Positions 27,756-39,100 of a stretch of DNA of 57,082 bases are shown piece after piece; the stretch's first letter is position 1, and the number at the start of each line of letters is the position of its first letter. This stretch comes from Blastocystis sp. subtype 4 (lineage: Eukaryota). Under the pieces are notes generated by a model, which searched no databases, had not been told where the DNA came from, and saw only the letters and a program-made list of their open reading frames with translations. A program made the position numbers and the translations under genes. The stretch lies in contig NW_014569517.1 of the NCBI RefSeq assembly GCF_000743755.1, positions 1 to 57,082 of the forward strand, in the 5' to 3' direction.

Positions 27756-29349
27756 TTACTTTTCATTCCATGTAATCTTACCCTTCAATAGTATATTACC
27801 AGGCAAATCTCCTCCAAGAGGAGTCACCAATCGAATCACTCGATCATTAACATTAACACTGGAGACAAAAACAAATCCGAGAATGGAAGAAGTAGGAAGA
27901 TCTTTCACTCTACAATTCATTCTATAATTATATAGTAACTCTTTTGCATCAGTTACAGCGAGGATCTGATGATACAATTCTTCTGCTCCAACTTCACTTA
28001 CTTTCATCATTACTTCTTCTTCAGCTGCTTTCGGAGCAAACTACAGTTCAAGGACCTCTTCACTGTTACAGTATCTCGATGACTCACAGAAACGCGATCA
28101 TTATACATTACAACCTTCACTTCATCCAGACTTCGTACTAACTGACTTGCAACAGCCAATTCGCCATCGGTAGCAATATATCCTATGCAATGAGAATCAC
28201 AATTTACTGATCACCATAAAAATAATTATCAATAGACAATCGATTCTCAAGATCATCTGCTCCCATAGGAGTTACAACTCCTTTGGAAAGAGGTAGTTGT
28301 TTAACACATAGAGAAGGATATGAGTCCCGCAATACATTCTATAGATTAGAATTCATCAAAATAGTAACATAGATGAAATCGTCATGAATGACCAAAATCA
28401 AGTCGATTTTCAACAGCTCGATGACCTCATCTAAGAGAGGTCGACTTCCATCTTCCTTGTACCAAGAACCCCCATTCACAATCAATCCTCCATGAAATGC
28501 CTTCTCATCATTCTTCATTCGCGTTTCCACATCAGCAGCAATGGAATGAAGACAACGCTTGAATCTATCTCACAGCTCTGTTTGCATTTCCTACAATTCT
28601 GGATTATCCATACAAGATTGGAAACCATAAAACTCAACACGAGGAGAAGGAAGGAACTTTTGAACTCTCTAGAAAGTCATTGTAGAAAACAAAGACTACA
28701 GGCGTCAAAATGCTTTCCTTGTTAACGACAACAGCACTCATGCAGCCAGGCACGGTGATATTTCCACTAGCAATATCTAGGTCTAAATAGACTGGAGACT
28801 CGTTGAAACGAACCTAAGAGTCACTAGAAGCATCCATTTCAACAGCATATGATAGTAACGTTTGAGCTAATGTATATTTGCCGTGATTTGGGTTGCTAAG
28901 AATAAGAACCTATCAGTAAGATAAAGCAGGAGACAATCACTCGAGGAGCAGTTCTCGAGTTATATGGATGTACATTATTACGTTCAGTTTGTAACTAGTT
29001 ATTACCAACATCCAAAAGATCCACTTGTTTGTGAATATCAAGATACAAGGGCGTAAGACTTTCGTTTGATACATAGGCCCCTTTACATCGACCTTCCAGC
29101 GTTACTTCCGAATCAAACCATGCAAAGAGTGCAAACTACATTTCAGCCAAAGTATCCTCAAACAACATTTCGATTGACGATTGTTTGTTTGTCGCGGATT
29201 TGACATCCATTAATTTCAATTCCTCCGTGATTAAGCTACATATGTTAATCACTTCTCAAACAGTCTACCGTAATCTTGATCGGGTCATTCTTGGAACATT
29301 CAACACGTAACTCTCTTCCCGCTGGAATCCGGTAGTGTTCAGTATTCAT
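27756..29349 (-). CDS. CLP1: Clp1 (pre-mRNA cleavage factor / RNA 5'-kinase family)
   Basis: ELRVE N-terminus, YAVRFNESPVYLDLD...VPGCMSA, GLIVNG.SW, LPLSKGVV, NYFYG, ILGFVFVSSV...LVTPLGGDLP. Confidence 0.9.
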
Positions 29350-29504
29350 CGAAAAGAATATTGACCAAACTCTAGGGAGTGATTTTAAACTCCTTAACAC
29401 TAGTTTTAGAACAAACAACTGGAAATGTCACAAGTTGCGAAACAGCCTACGAGATACCCTTAATCAGCCTTAGGTTTGTCTGCACTTCTACTTCATGATT
29501 TGCT

Positions 29505-29699
29505 TCAGTTACCATACTCTGTTTCAGGATTCTCTCCTTGTGGGGTATCCTTAGATTTACCATCAGTTCCTTGACAAACCTTCTTTGCGAAACAACTAAT
29601 GCACGACTCGGCAAGGAAAAGCACTAATCCCGTCGCAACTCCAATACCCACAGTTTTGCCTGGACTAAGATCATTCAACAGTTTCGTTATCGTATCCAT
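29505..29699 (-). CDS. Small single-TM protein (64 aa)
   Basis: MDTITKLLNDLSPGKTVGIGVATGLVLFLAESC...; TGTTTGTT on minus at 29410-29417. Confidence 0.55.
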   Translation of the reverse strand: MDTITKLLNDLSPGKTVGIGVATGLVLFLAESCISCFAKKVCQGTDGKSKDTPQGENPETEYGN

Positions 29700-29746
29700 T
29701 GTGTCTATAGTCAATGAAAGAATGACAGTTCTTTTCTCCTTCTACT

Positions 29747-30531
29747 ATGGAAACAGAAATTGAAGTTATAGGGGATAAGTAAGTTTATTTCTGATATGTT
29801 TCTAACTAACGCAGAAAGATGTTTCATCTTTTCCTCAACAAACAAGACTTCAAGTTTAGTTCCGGTCATTTTATTGCTTACCAAGTATATTGTCGACTTA
29901 CTTCATCATTCTAGGGTTTTCGCGAACCACTTCACGGACACAATTATCATGCCACCGTATTGTTTGAATTTACTGTGTGATTCGCAGATTGCTATGAAGG
30001 GACAGCTGAATCCTGATGGGTATGTGATGGATTTCGGTGATGTGAAAAATGTTCGTTATTGGAATGTATGTCACTCCTAGTATATGCGTATTGAATGCAA
30101 GAAACTGAACCAGAAGTTTCTTCTCCCAATGAAGAGTGATGTCCTCACTGTCAGTCCAAAGAAGCTTATTCATGTGGTAGATCAAAGAGAACGGAGACAA
30201 CTGGGAAATTACAACTGAAGATAACTGCTTCTTTTCGTAACTATATGTGTGAATCGTAATCAACAGGTTTCCAAAGAAGGACTGCTGTTGTCTTCCTCTT
30301 GTTCACTCTTCAGCTGAGGAGTTGGCGAGATATATCGTTATTCTTTTGCCTTTTCCTCACTTCTAGGTGGGAGAACTAATCGAATCCATTTCTCTTCCCG
30401 TTCTCCAGGTATGTCTCTACCTGAGGACTAATAAATAGAAACGAGGTATCTACGAAATTACAGTGGGAGTTAGCGAGATCGAAGGTCAAGAGGCTAGATA
30501 CACCACATCTGTGAACTATAGTTCTCACTAA
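29747..30531 (+). CDS. 6-pyruvoyltetrahydropterin synthase-like protein, Glu-type (PTPS-III); 8 introns
   Basis: Spliced FKFSSGHFIAYQGFREPLHGHNY...GYVMDFGDVK...FLLPMKSDVL...LPLVHSSAEELARYI...VSE. Confidence 0.9.
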
Positions 30532-30606
30532 GATGTTTGTCACCAAACAAGTGGAATGTTAGGATTATCCCTTTCTGGAAAGTGATCATTATTTAGCAGT
30601 TTTCTT

Positions 30607-31811
30607 ATGTCAAACTATACGTGCATCACCTGTTCTGCTATCTTCGACAATCAAGAAGAGAGAGAGAAATATCCAATGAGTTCGTTTGATTCATCTTATG
30701 GTCCTTCACAATGTCACCCATTTCAGATCGGATTGGCATAGTTACAATGTGAAACGGAAGATTGCTGGACTATCTCCATTATCGAAGGAGTTATTCGAAG
30801 AAAGACAACGTCACTGTCTTAGAGCTTCCTTTTGGTGATATCTAGTGAAAGCCGCTGAGACTGAAGGAAAGAAACAGGAGAAATTGTATTGTGAGATCTG
30901 TCACAAGTCCTTCGTTTCCAAGAACTCCTTTGATCAACATGAACGAAGCAAGCGACATCTTCAAGGACTAAAGAAGTATCAGGATGACTTCCAAAACGCT
31001 CCTGAGGAGGAAAAGGAGGAATCCCAAGTAGAAAAGGTCACAAAGGGACACACTGAGCCTTTTACACCAGAGGAATATGAGTTCGAACCATCACGATGTC
31101 TGTTCTGTCGATTGGAGAGCGATACTTTTGATGCGTATTTCCTATTATTGTCCAACATATAGAAATCTTGAACATATGGCTGCAGTCCATTGTTTCTTCA
31201 TTCCTGATCATGACAGTGTTATTGACCTGGAAGGTCTTATTGACTATTTGGGTCAGAAGATATCCATTGGTTGTGTCTGTGTCGGTTGTAACCATGGTTT
31301 CAAGAGTCCAGCGGCAACTCGAGATCACATGCTGAGCAAAGGTCATACTCGTATGGCTTATTCCACTGTATAATTTAAAAATGAGTCAATATCGTAGGAA
31401 GAGGATTATGAGGAATTTGAAGAGTTCTATGACTACACAGAAGCTAATGAGAACCCAGGAGTGACTTTACAAGCAACAGCCACAGGAGAACTCCAACTGC
31501 CTGATGGGCGTATTTTGGGAAACCGAGAATACATGCGATATTACAAACAGAATTTCAGTAGTGAAGGAGAGAAACGGGAATGTGAGGATCAAGGAGAAAT
31601 GTGATTACTAGCGATTCTAAACAAGTTGTTGTTGGAAAATGGGGGACAAGGAAAGAAACCAATGGCATTAGTGGCTTATGAGGCTCAGAAGAGTGAATTA
31701 ACATCCAAGCGTGATGATGTGGAGAGATTGAATCGATATGCGATTCGAGAACGACTGCGTGCTGGCTTGAATATGAATAAGATCCATTTAGCTCACTTCA
31801 GTCATCGATGA
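30607..31811 (+). CDS. REI1: REI1/ZNF622 60S biogenesis zinc-finger protein
   Basis: YTCITC...HFRSDWHSYNVKRKIAGL, CEICHKSF...HERSKRH, CLFC, HM..HCFFIPD, LQLPDGRILGNREYMRYYKQ. Confidence 0.93.
30669..30717 (+). other. U12-type AT-AC intron (49 nt) in REI1
   Basis: ATATCCAA...TCCTTCAC-AATGTCAC; removal restores EEREN-HFRSDWH of the first zinc finger. Confidence 0.88.
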
Positions 31812-31904
31812 GTTACTTTAGTGTGTCGCATAAGCGGATTGACAAGTTCCTGATGTTTGTTGAAACAATCTTGGAATAGTTTAGACTCTAATATAGGTCC
31901 ATGT

Positions 31905-31912
31905 AACAAACA
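31905..31912 (-). terminator. TGTTTGTT 3'-end motif of the Arc1-like gene
   Basis: TAA-TA-TGTTTGTT. Confidence 0.8.
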
Positions 31913-31914
31913 TA

Positions 31915-33168
31915 TTATGAAATGTGAGCATTCGGGAACTTCGTACATGTAACAACACCAGCAGATGTTGTGAATGGCACATCCTTAAAACAACACACTC
32001 CCTCTGCATTCGTCTTCAAGAACTACACGTCATCAATCCTCTCCTTTCTTACCGGAGCCAGAATCTCTACATACTTCTTCTTCTGGACTTGAGCAGGAGT
32101 AGCAGCCTCACCTTCAAATCCAGGGAATGTCACACGCTCACCGATCTTAGCACCTTCAGGAGGATCAATCAGAGCACCGGCACTGTGATCCTCTGTTGAA
32201 GCACACAGCAACATGCCATTGGAAGGGAATCCTCCCAATTTCCTTGGCTTCAGATTACAGAGTACACAAACACGGTGACCCTGCATCTCCTCAAACGTAT
32301 GGAATGCACGAATACCTGAACCAATTTGACGGGTCTCAGCTTCACCCACATCTACTTCCTCACAATATAGTTTATCGGAGTCAGGATGATTCCAGGCACG
32401 CACAATTCGACCTACTCGAATATCCAACTTGCTAATGCAATCTGTGTCTTCAGCTTTGGGTGCTTCGGGCTGGGGAGCGGACTCTTTCGCAGCTGCTTTT
32501 GCCTCCTTCTTTGCAGCTTTCTTTGACTCCATTGGCTTAGGGGTAGGAGCGTGAATGTCAATTGCATCAAAAGCAAAATCAATCTTGGCAATTCCGAGGG
32601 TTTGACAGACGGAAGCATAGGTATCTTGCATGTACGAATACCAACGAACAACATTCACATATCCATTGTAAGGAGCAAACGTTGTCTAATACATGATAGA
32701 TCAGTATAACGATTACCAAATGTTGAGAAACAGCAAAGAAGAGAGCAAAATCAGCCACACTGACACTAGTTGCAACACCTACAAAAGTTTGGGCTGCCAA
32801 CAATTCGTTCAGTCTCATCATCAAAAGTTTCACATTGTAATTCGTCGTTGTGTACTCCTCAGCAAGATCAAGAGCATTGGCAACCTATGTCCTCATTCTA
32901 TAATAAACCATACCAGCTCCTTATCAGCTGCACTTCCACCAAGCAATGCGGCAGTTTTCTTATCCTTTCCCGTAAGAGCCACAAGCACCTCTTTCAGACC
33001 AGAAACAGTTTTCTTTCCATCATCATACGTGAATTCCTATACCATTACACACCTACTTCAACGACATACACTACCACACTCGATTAAACCCTCCTCGTTC
33101 ATACCAAGGAACTTACACACAGCAGCAACAATAGCATTCTTCTCTCCTTCAGGGACAGTTATCTTCAT
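31915..33168 (-). CDS. Arc1/AIMP1-like aaRS cofactor (GST-like domain plus OB-fold tRNA-binding domain)
   Basis: SVADFALF, NVVRWYSYMQ, LDIRVGRI..AWNHPDSDKLYCEEVDVGE, LCNLKPRKLGGFPSNGMLLCAS. Confidence 0.9.
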
Positions 33169-33246
33169 GATTGGTTCTTTGTTTTTGGTTGTTTCGACTA
33201 ATGACCACAAACCATCTTTTATCTCACAAACATTCTCAAAACAATC

Positions 33247-35742
33247 TTAAACAGCATCTTTTGTGCTATCTTCAACTGCTGTCCTTCGTTGTGTCAGAGC
33301 TAGAGGAGGGAAGAATTGATCACAGATCTCCACCAATTCTGCAAAGTTTGTCATTTTAATCTCCCCTTCAGTTGTGGTATAACGAATATCACCCTTCGTG
33401 TTGATGATAAAAATCTTCGTTTTGTCCACTCCTGCTTGAATATAACTTTGTTCATCTGTGGGTCTGTTACCAAACCCACCAACGAATGGAGATGATTCCA
33501 GAGTAAAGGTGTCACTAATAGACCGCAATACAGGAATCTTGAATTCTTGCGGTTTTCGTCTCACTACTTCGCGAATCAATGAAGCAAACGTCCGATTTGG
33601 ACTACAGATGATCGGACCCTTGGGCATATGCATTCCCTCCTGTTCAATTCCCTCCAAATACTTCCTCGTATCCTTCATCTGACCTACAGCACGTGCTGTC
33701 AGATAGAGAATCACATATCCGTTCTCATCGATTCGATTGTACATACGAACAATGCCCTTCTGAGTATAGTCTTGATGAAGAGCATACATTACGTGACCCA
33801 TCACATCTTCCTTGGTTACTGTTCCATCCACATCTGAAATCACAATCTTCGCATCTTCATGAAGAAGATATCTAGAGTAAAAAACCATTTCTATCTATAC
33901 AGCTTACACTTGACAATACACCGCTCATCTGCATCTGCGATAAACGTTAAATCATTCTCTCCGTCTACTAATGGCCATTCCTTCAACACCTCGGAAGAAA
34001 CACGGAAACTCTTTAATGGCTTTCGATCCTATCATTCATATTGGCTTGTATTCATACTCGAGAGGTCGTGGTGGAGATTACATTCAGACGATCTGCCTCT
34101 TTTGCCATCTCAATGATACGGGATGATGCCTCTTCTAGAGAGATAGGCGTTCTCTCACAGAAAAACATCACCTATAGATAACTGAATTGTTCCGCGGTTA
34201 CATTCGGATGTTCAAGAAGAGATGGGTTATCAATGATATCCGAGAAGGATACTCGATTAGAGAGAATAATCTCATCCAAATCCTTTTCCTTCATTCCCTC
34301 CCGATATTGATCACGACACAAGGAGATCATCACAGCAGGCACATGGAGTTCGTCTGTTAACGGAGGAGGCGAATGATCGCTGGAAGCTTCAATCTCTTCA
34401 TCCTCGTCCTCTTCCAATTTCTCTTCTGGAATGGCTTCTTCTAGCTATTAGAGGTTGAATTCAGTTCTACTTTCATATAAGTTCACAACTGGATTGGATA
34501 GTGTGGTGATGGGAGCATACAGTAGTAATGCTTCCGTTTGCAGAGAATGCAGTTCAGCAACTCCATCTTCACGAACTCGATCCAAACGCATCATTCCATA
34601 ACGCGTCTGATAGTTGATAGTCATGAATCGAGGTACTTCTCCTTCAAACACGTGCATCTCAATTTGGACAATTTTCCTGAACGGTTAATTTCGACACCAT
34701 TATTGTACTTATTAAAGTACGAATAAGAATTATCCCAAGTCATTGACAAAACTCCATCTTCTGGAGCTGTAAACAGATAACTATAATATCCAGCAGATGA
34801 TAAAGCATATTGGTAACCACATAACTAAACAGATTACGACATTCTCTCAAACTCACCTCAATGCACTCAGATTTGTTATCATCTGGTTGTTTAGAATTGA
34901 AATAGGCGCTAAAACCAACATCATGTTGAAACACTGAATAGTTCAGAAGAAGCGTTTTCCCGCGGGAAAGTGCTACTGCATATTGGTAATTCTTACGACG
35001 AAGAATATTCGCTGTGATCTTCTGAGACCATACAGGTGTGCTGTTGACGGAATCGGCTGAAGGTGATGGTAATACCGAATCTATGTAACATGAATAAAAT
35101 AGAAATTATACCTGTTGGGTCCATAGTCATATTGCGAATCAACTGCATTCGGTGGGTGATATCATCTCGAACTTGCTTGTTGGTGATCGAAGGAATCGAA
35201 TTCCAAAATATATATGATCTAGTATCGATAGAAGTAACATAATTCACTTTCCAGTTAGACGAGGACTTGTCTCACCTGGATGTTCTGCTAGAGGAGGAGG
35301 CGAAGATCCTGATTCATCACTCAAATTCTGCGAATTAACTCAAATCATTTGAAAGTACAAGCATGCTAGAAACTGGAGACATTCCAGGAGGTGACATGTA
35401 TTCTCCATTCTCGTCAAGAAGTAATTCACTTAAGAAATAGGCTTCACCATCACTTCCAACACGCATCTTTTGATCCACAAGTTTGTCATTAACGCGAATG
35501 CTCACCATTCGATTTCCGGATGCTCTCGAGAGAATCTAGACAGAACTCCTCCAATTCAACATAAATACACTCATTTTCCCGAAGCGTACGCGAAAAAGAG
35601 AGCATAAGTACGTACCGTCTTCGTGAATCACCACAATCACATCAGTCGCGCCACTCAGGGTTGACTAGATTATTAATCAGCGCCGAAACATAGATACTGA
35701 ATTCACATTCATCCTATTGTACATTGACTTAAGAAACGACAT
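33247..35742 (-). CDS. Lipin/PAH1 phosphatidate phosphatase with internal GOLD-like domain
   Basis: [16 protein letters not shown]...[43 protein letters not shown]. Confidence 0.93.
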
Positions 35743-36001
35743 ATTCCTCTTCCAAAATCGACTGCAATCGCAATAGTTCACAAAATGTAAAGGATAGTCT
35801 TCTCTTAAGAAAAAGTGACTGCATCTTGTATCATTCATCATCATTTTGTGACGCTAACAACTGATATTCGGTATCTATGGTTAGGTCTAAGACTATCAGG
35901 GTATTCAGTGCGCATTGACAAGAAACAAAACAGAAAACCCAAAATTCGTTTTCACATCGTTTTCCTCAATGTCTTCCAACTTCTCACTTTAAACAGAGAA
36001 G

Positions 36002-37556
36002 TCAGAATTCGATTTCTTCTACCCAGCATGAAATACTACCAAGTTAACTCATTCACACATCGAAGAGGCCCCATCAATGCGTTGATATCCACATTCTCTA
36101 ATAATTCCTTCCAGGCATTAGCCGACTTCAGTGCTGCCATAACTGACTTGATAGAACACTTATACAAGTCCCAGTAAACCTTAAGAAACATCCCTGTTAC
36201 TGGAATATTTCGCTGCTACAATTCACTTCTCATGTAACTCATGTACACGACTGTATGAGGCAATCAGATCAAGAAGACGTGACTCCTCAAGCAGAGTCAC
36301 CACCAATGAAGTAGAAACTGTTGATAGAACCGACAAGAGAAACGACCCGACATGAACATGAAGAAATGAATTTGAGTTATAACAACAGACAGCATCCAGA
36401 GCAATCTGAAACAAAGTCTAGCGATAATTCATCAATCCAAAACTCACAATCAGATTCTGCTGGGAACAGTGATTCTGAGTTGCAATCAAGAACTGTCTTA
36501 TAAACACAATACACCACGTTAGAGATTGTGGACATGTGTAAGAGGAGTGTGTTTCCTCTTTGGAGAGAAGTAACTTCGTCATGGTTTTTAGAATCTCCAC
36601 CCACTGATTCTCAACAATTGTGACAATTCCCTTCAATCTACTCGTATTCCAATCAGCTGAATTTGTATAATAAAGCAGACTTGACAACAAATGGAGGATG
36701 TTTCCACATACATGTTGTTCCCTTCTCCATTCATCACTTCCTCTTTCTCCATGAGTCATTCGTTGTAGCGTATTGGATAGTAATTCTGCCAACATGGACT
36801 CATCATCTAATTCGTGGATAAGATTCTCGTAACTCGCTATATGACAACTGTTGATAAGGGAAGTATAATAACTCCTACACCTGGGATGTGACATCATCTA
36901 CTACATTGATCAACAGGTCACAAACTCTGTCAGAAAATGTATAGTCTTGCAGTTTGACTACCAATGCCTTCATCAATTCTGAGGTGTCTCCCCACCAAAT
37001 GGGTTGAGTTACGCTATCTGAGTTCGCATCCTCTGATAGCATAATTAATAACCGCATGACCATTTGTATTGGTACAAGATTCAAATGCTTTAAGATACTA
37101 GGCAAGATAGATTCACCATTTCTAAAGAGATAATCCATGAGCCCTGATCTGCAATCAATAACTAACGACTCCATGATCATAGCAAAACAAGTTGCAAAAC
37201 TAGGATTAAGGAAAAACCTAAACCAAACTGATTCTCCAAATGATCCCAATGAATACAATCAAAAAGAACACTCATACAAGTGTCACTTGTTACCAGCTTC
37301 TCATGAAGCTCAGTAGGCAGCAATTCAACTGCCTTGGAGGCAACGTAAGAGACACGATACATAAAGACATCGTCACCAGACTCTGGGTGAAATACAACTC
37401 TACTATCCTAACTCCACTTCAATCATACTGTAAAAGCATCTCCAAATTACGTGTGTCGCTAAAGTAATTCACTACTTCCTTGTTATGATAGGAAAGGAAT
37501 GCCAGTCCATCATCATCCAGAAGAAATGAATATAATCCATCGACACTACCATCCAT
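36002..37556 (-). CDS. SAPS-domain (SIT4/PP6 regulatory subunit-like) protein; 3' end uncertain
   Basis: YVASKAVELL, LNPSFATCFAMIMESL, MDYLFRNGESILPSILKHL..VPIQMVMRLLI, TSRLKGIV resemble SAPS proteins. Confidence 0.65.
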
Positions 37557-37723
37557 ATCTTCTACTACTTGGCTATGAATCAAAATCTCGAAAAAAGCTC
37601 ACTCATCTAGGATCGGTATCCTCCTATCATACAGTGAATCACAATGCTACGTCGTATTTATAAAAATGCAGATTGTACCATAACAATTCCTGTGAAAGGA
37701 GATAATAAACGAATGGGGATCCC

Positions 37724-37731
37724 AACAAACA
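37724..37731 (-). terminator. TGTTTGTT 3'-end motif of CDK, inside the genomic ORF
   Basis: ATC-TG-TTTT-TGTTTGTT with no preceding stop. Confidence 0.8.
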
Positions 37732-37735
37732 AAAA

Positions 37736-38794
37736 CAGATATCAGGATTCGCATATTTCGACTTATCAAGACTGTTAAACCATGGATGATGCAGAGCTTC
37801 ATAAGCAGTAATTCGCTTGGATGGATTGTAACAGAACATTCGCTACAACATAAGACTCCCATTCTACCTCTACATTTAATAGATCTTCAGCTAAAGGATC
37901 CAAATTTGTCAATGTCTTCTTGATACTACGTTGTGGCCATTTCGGGAATTCCTTGTTATAGAAGGGAAGTTTTGTAACACCAGGCCAAACTTCTTCCGTT
38001 GGAGTTCCTAACGTGCTACATATTATTGATCCCACTATTATCCACTTGAAGATTCGGAAAATCATATCAATCTCATTCTCACCTCTCCAAATTGCATCTC
38101 CCTGTAGCATTGTCACAATTACATGTCCAGCAGACCATATATCAACAACAGGTGAGTACTTCTCCTGGTTGAGGAGAATCTCTGGTGCTCTGTACCACAG
38201 AGTCATCACTTCATGAGTAAGCGTTCCAATGGGCAATGAAAAGGTACGAGCCAAACCAAAATCACACAATTTTAAAGTCTTATCTTTTCGAATCAGAATG
38301 TTCTCTGGCTTCAGATCACGATGCATAATGCCGACACCATGAATGTAATCCAGAGCCAATAGTAGTTGGTATGCAAATGACTACACTTAAAAGACATGAC
38401 CATCCAAACCTTCACCTCCTCGAGGGGCATTCCACCAACTTTCTGACGCTCAATTATATATGTAGTAAGACTCATGTCAATGCACTCAAATACCAAATGG
38501 ATGCGCCCTTCGCTATTCTCGACATCTGTTAATCTGGACGAATTATACATTTGATTTTATCCAACTTTACAATATTTGGATGGTCCAAAGAACGAAGAAC
38601 CGAGATTTCCCTCAAAGACGTACTAGGAATCCCATCACTACTATCTTCAACTTTAACTTTTTTCATAGCAACAATTTGGCCCGTTAAACAGTCCATGGCC
38701 TTAAATCTACAATCCTCATCAATATCATCAATAGTTACACTACTCCATATGCTCCTTCACCTATCGTGTCGATTCGTCTATATCGATTCAACAT
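37736..38794 (-). CDS. Cyclin-dependent kinase (CDK1/2-like); stop predicted as TG+poly(A) at 37737-37736 (genomic stop 37639)
   Basis: [61 protein letters not shown]. Confidence 0.95.
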
Positions 38795-38891
38795 GGATAA
38801 ATGAATGAACTTGAGTCCAATTTATATTCTATATGTTTCTTCTACTTATTTGATTTTTACTCTATTGCAATATTTAAAAAGCAAAAATGCA

Positions 38892-38965
38892 AGCTAACGG
38901 TGGGACTCGAACCCACAACCTCTGGATTAGAAGTCCAATGCGCTATCCAATTGCGCCACGCAAGC
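38892..38965 (-). tRNA. tRNA-Arg(UCU)
   Basis: GCTTGCG...TTGGA-CTTCTAA-TCCAG...GTGGG-TTCGAGT-CCCAC-CGTTAGC; one T-T mismatch in the acceptor stem; TTTTT downstream. Confidence 0.95.
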
Positions 38966-39100
38966 AATCACTAGTCCTTCTAATTAATTCTATTTCAGTA
39001 TCATTTCGTTGTCCATAATATTTAGATTCACTAGTATCCATCCAATTATAACTTTGTTTTTAAAATCAGAATATACTTTGATTTCACAAATATAGGACAA

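Noticed and set aside
35905..36004. Possible poly(A)-created stop for the SAPS gene
   Set aside because: Last-exon frame is ambiguous and only degenerate motifs are present.
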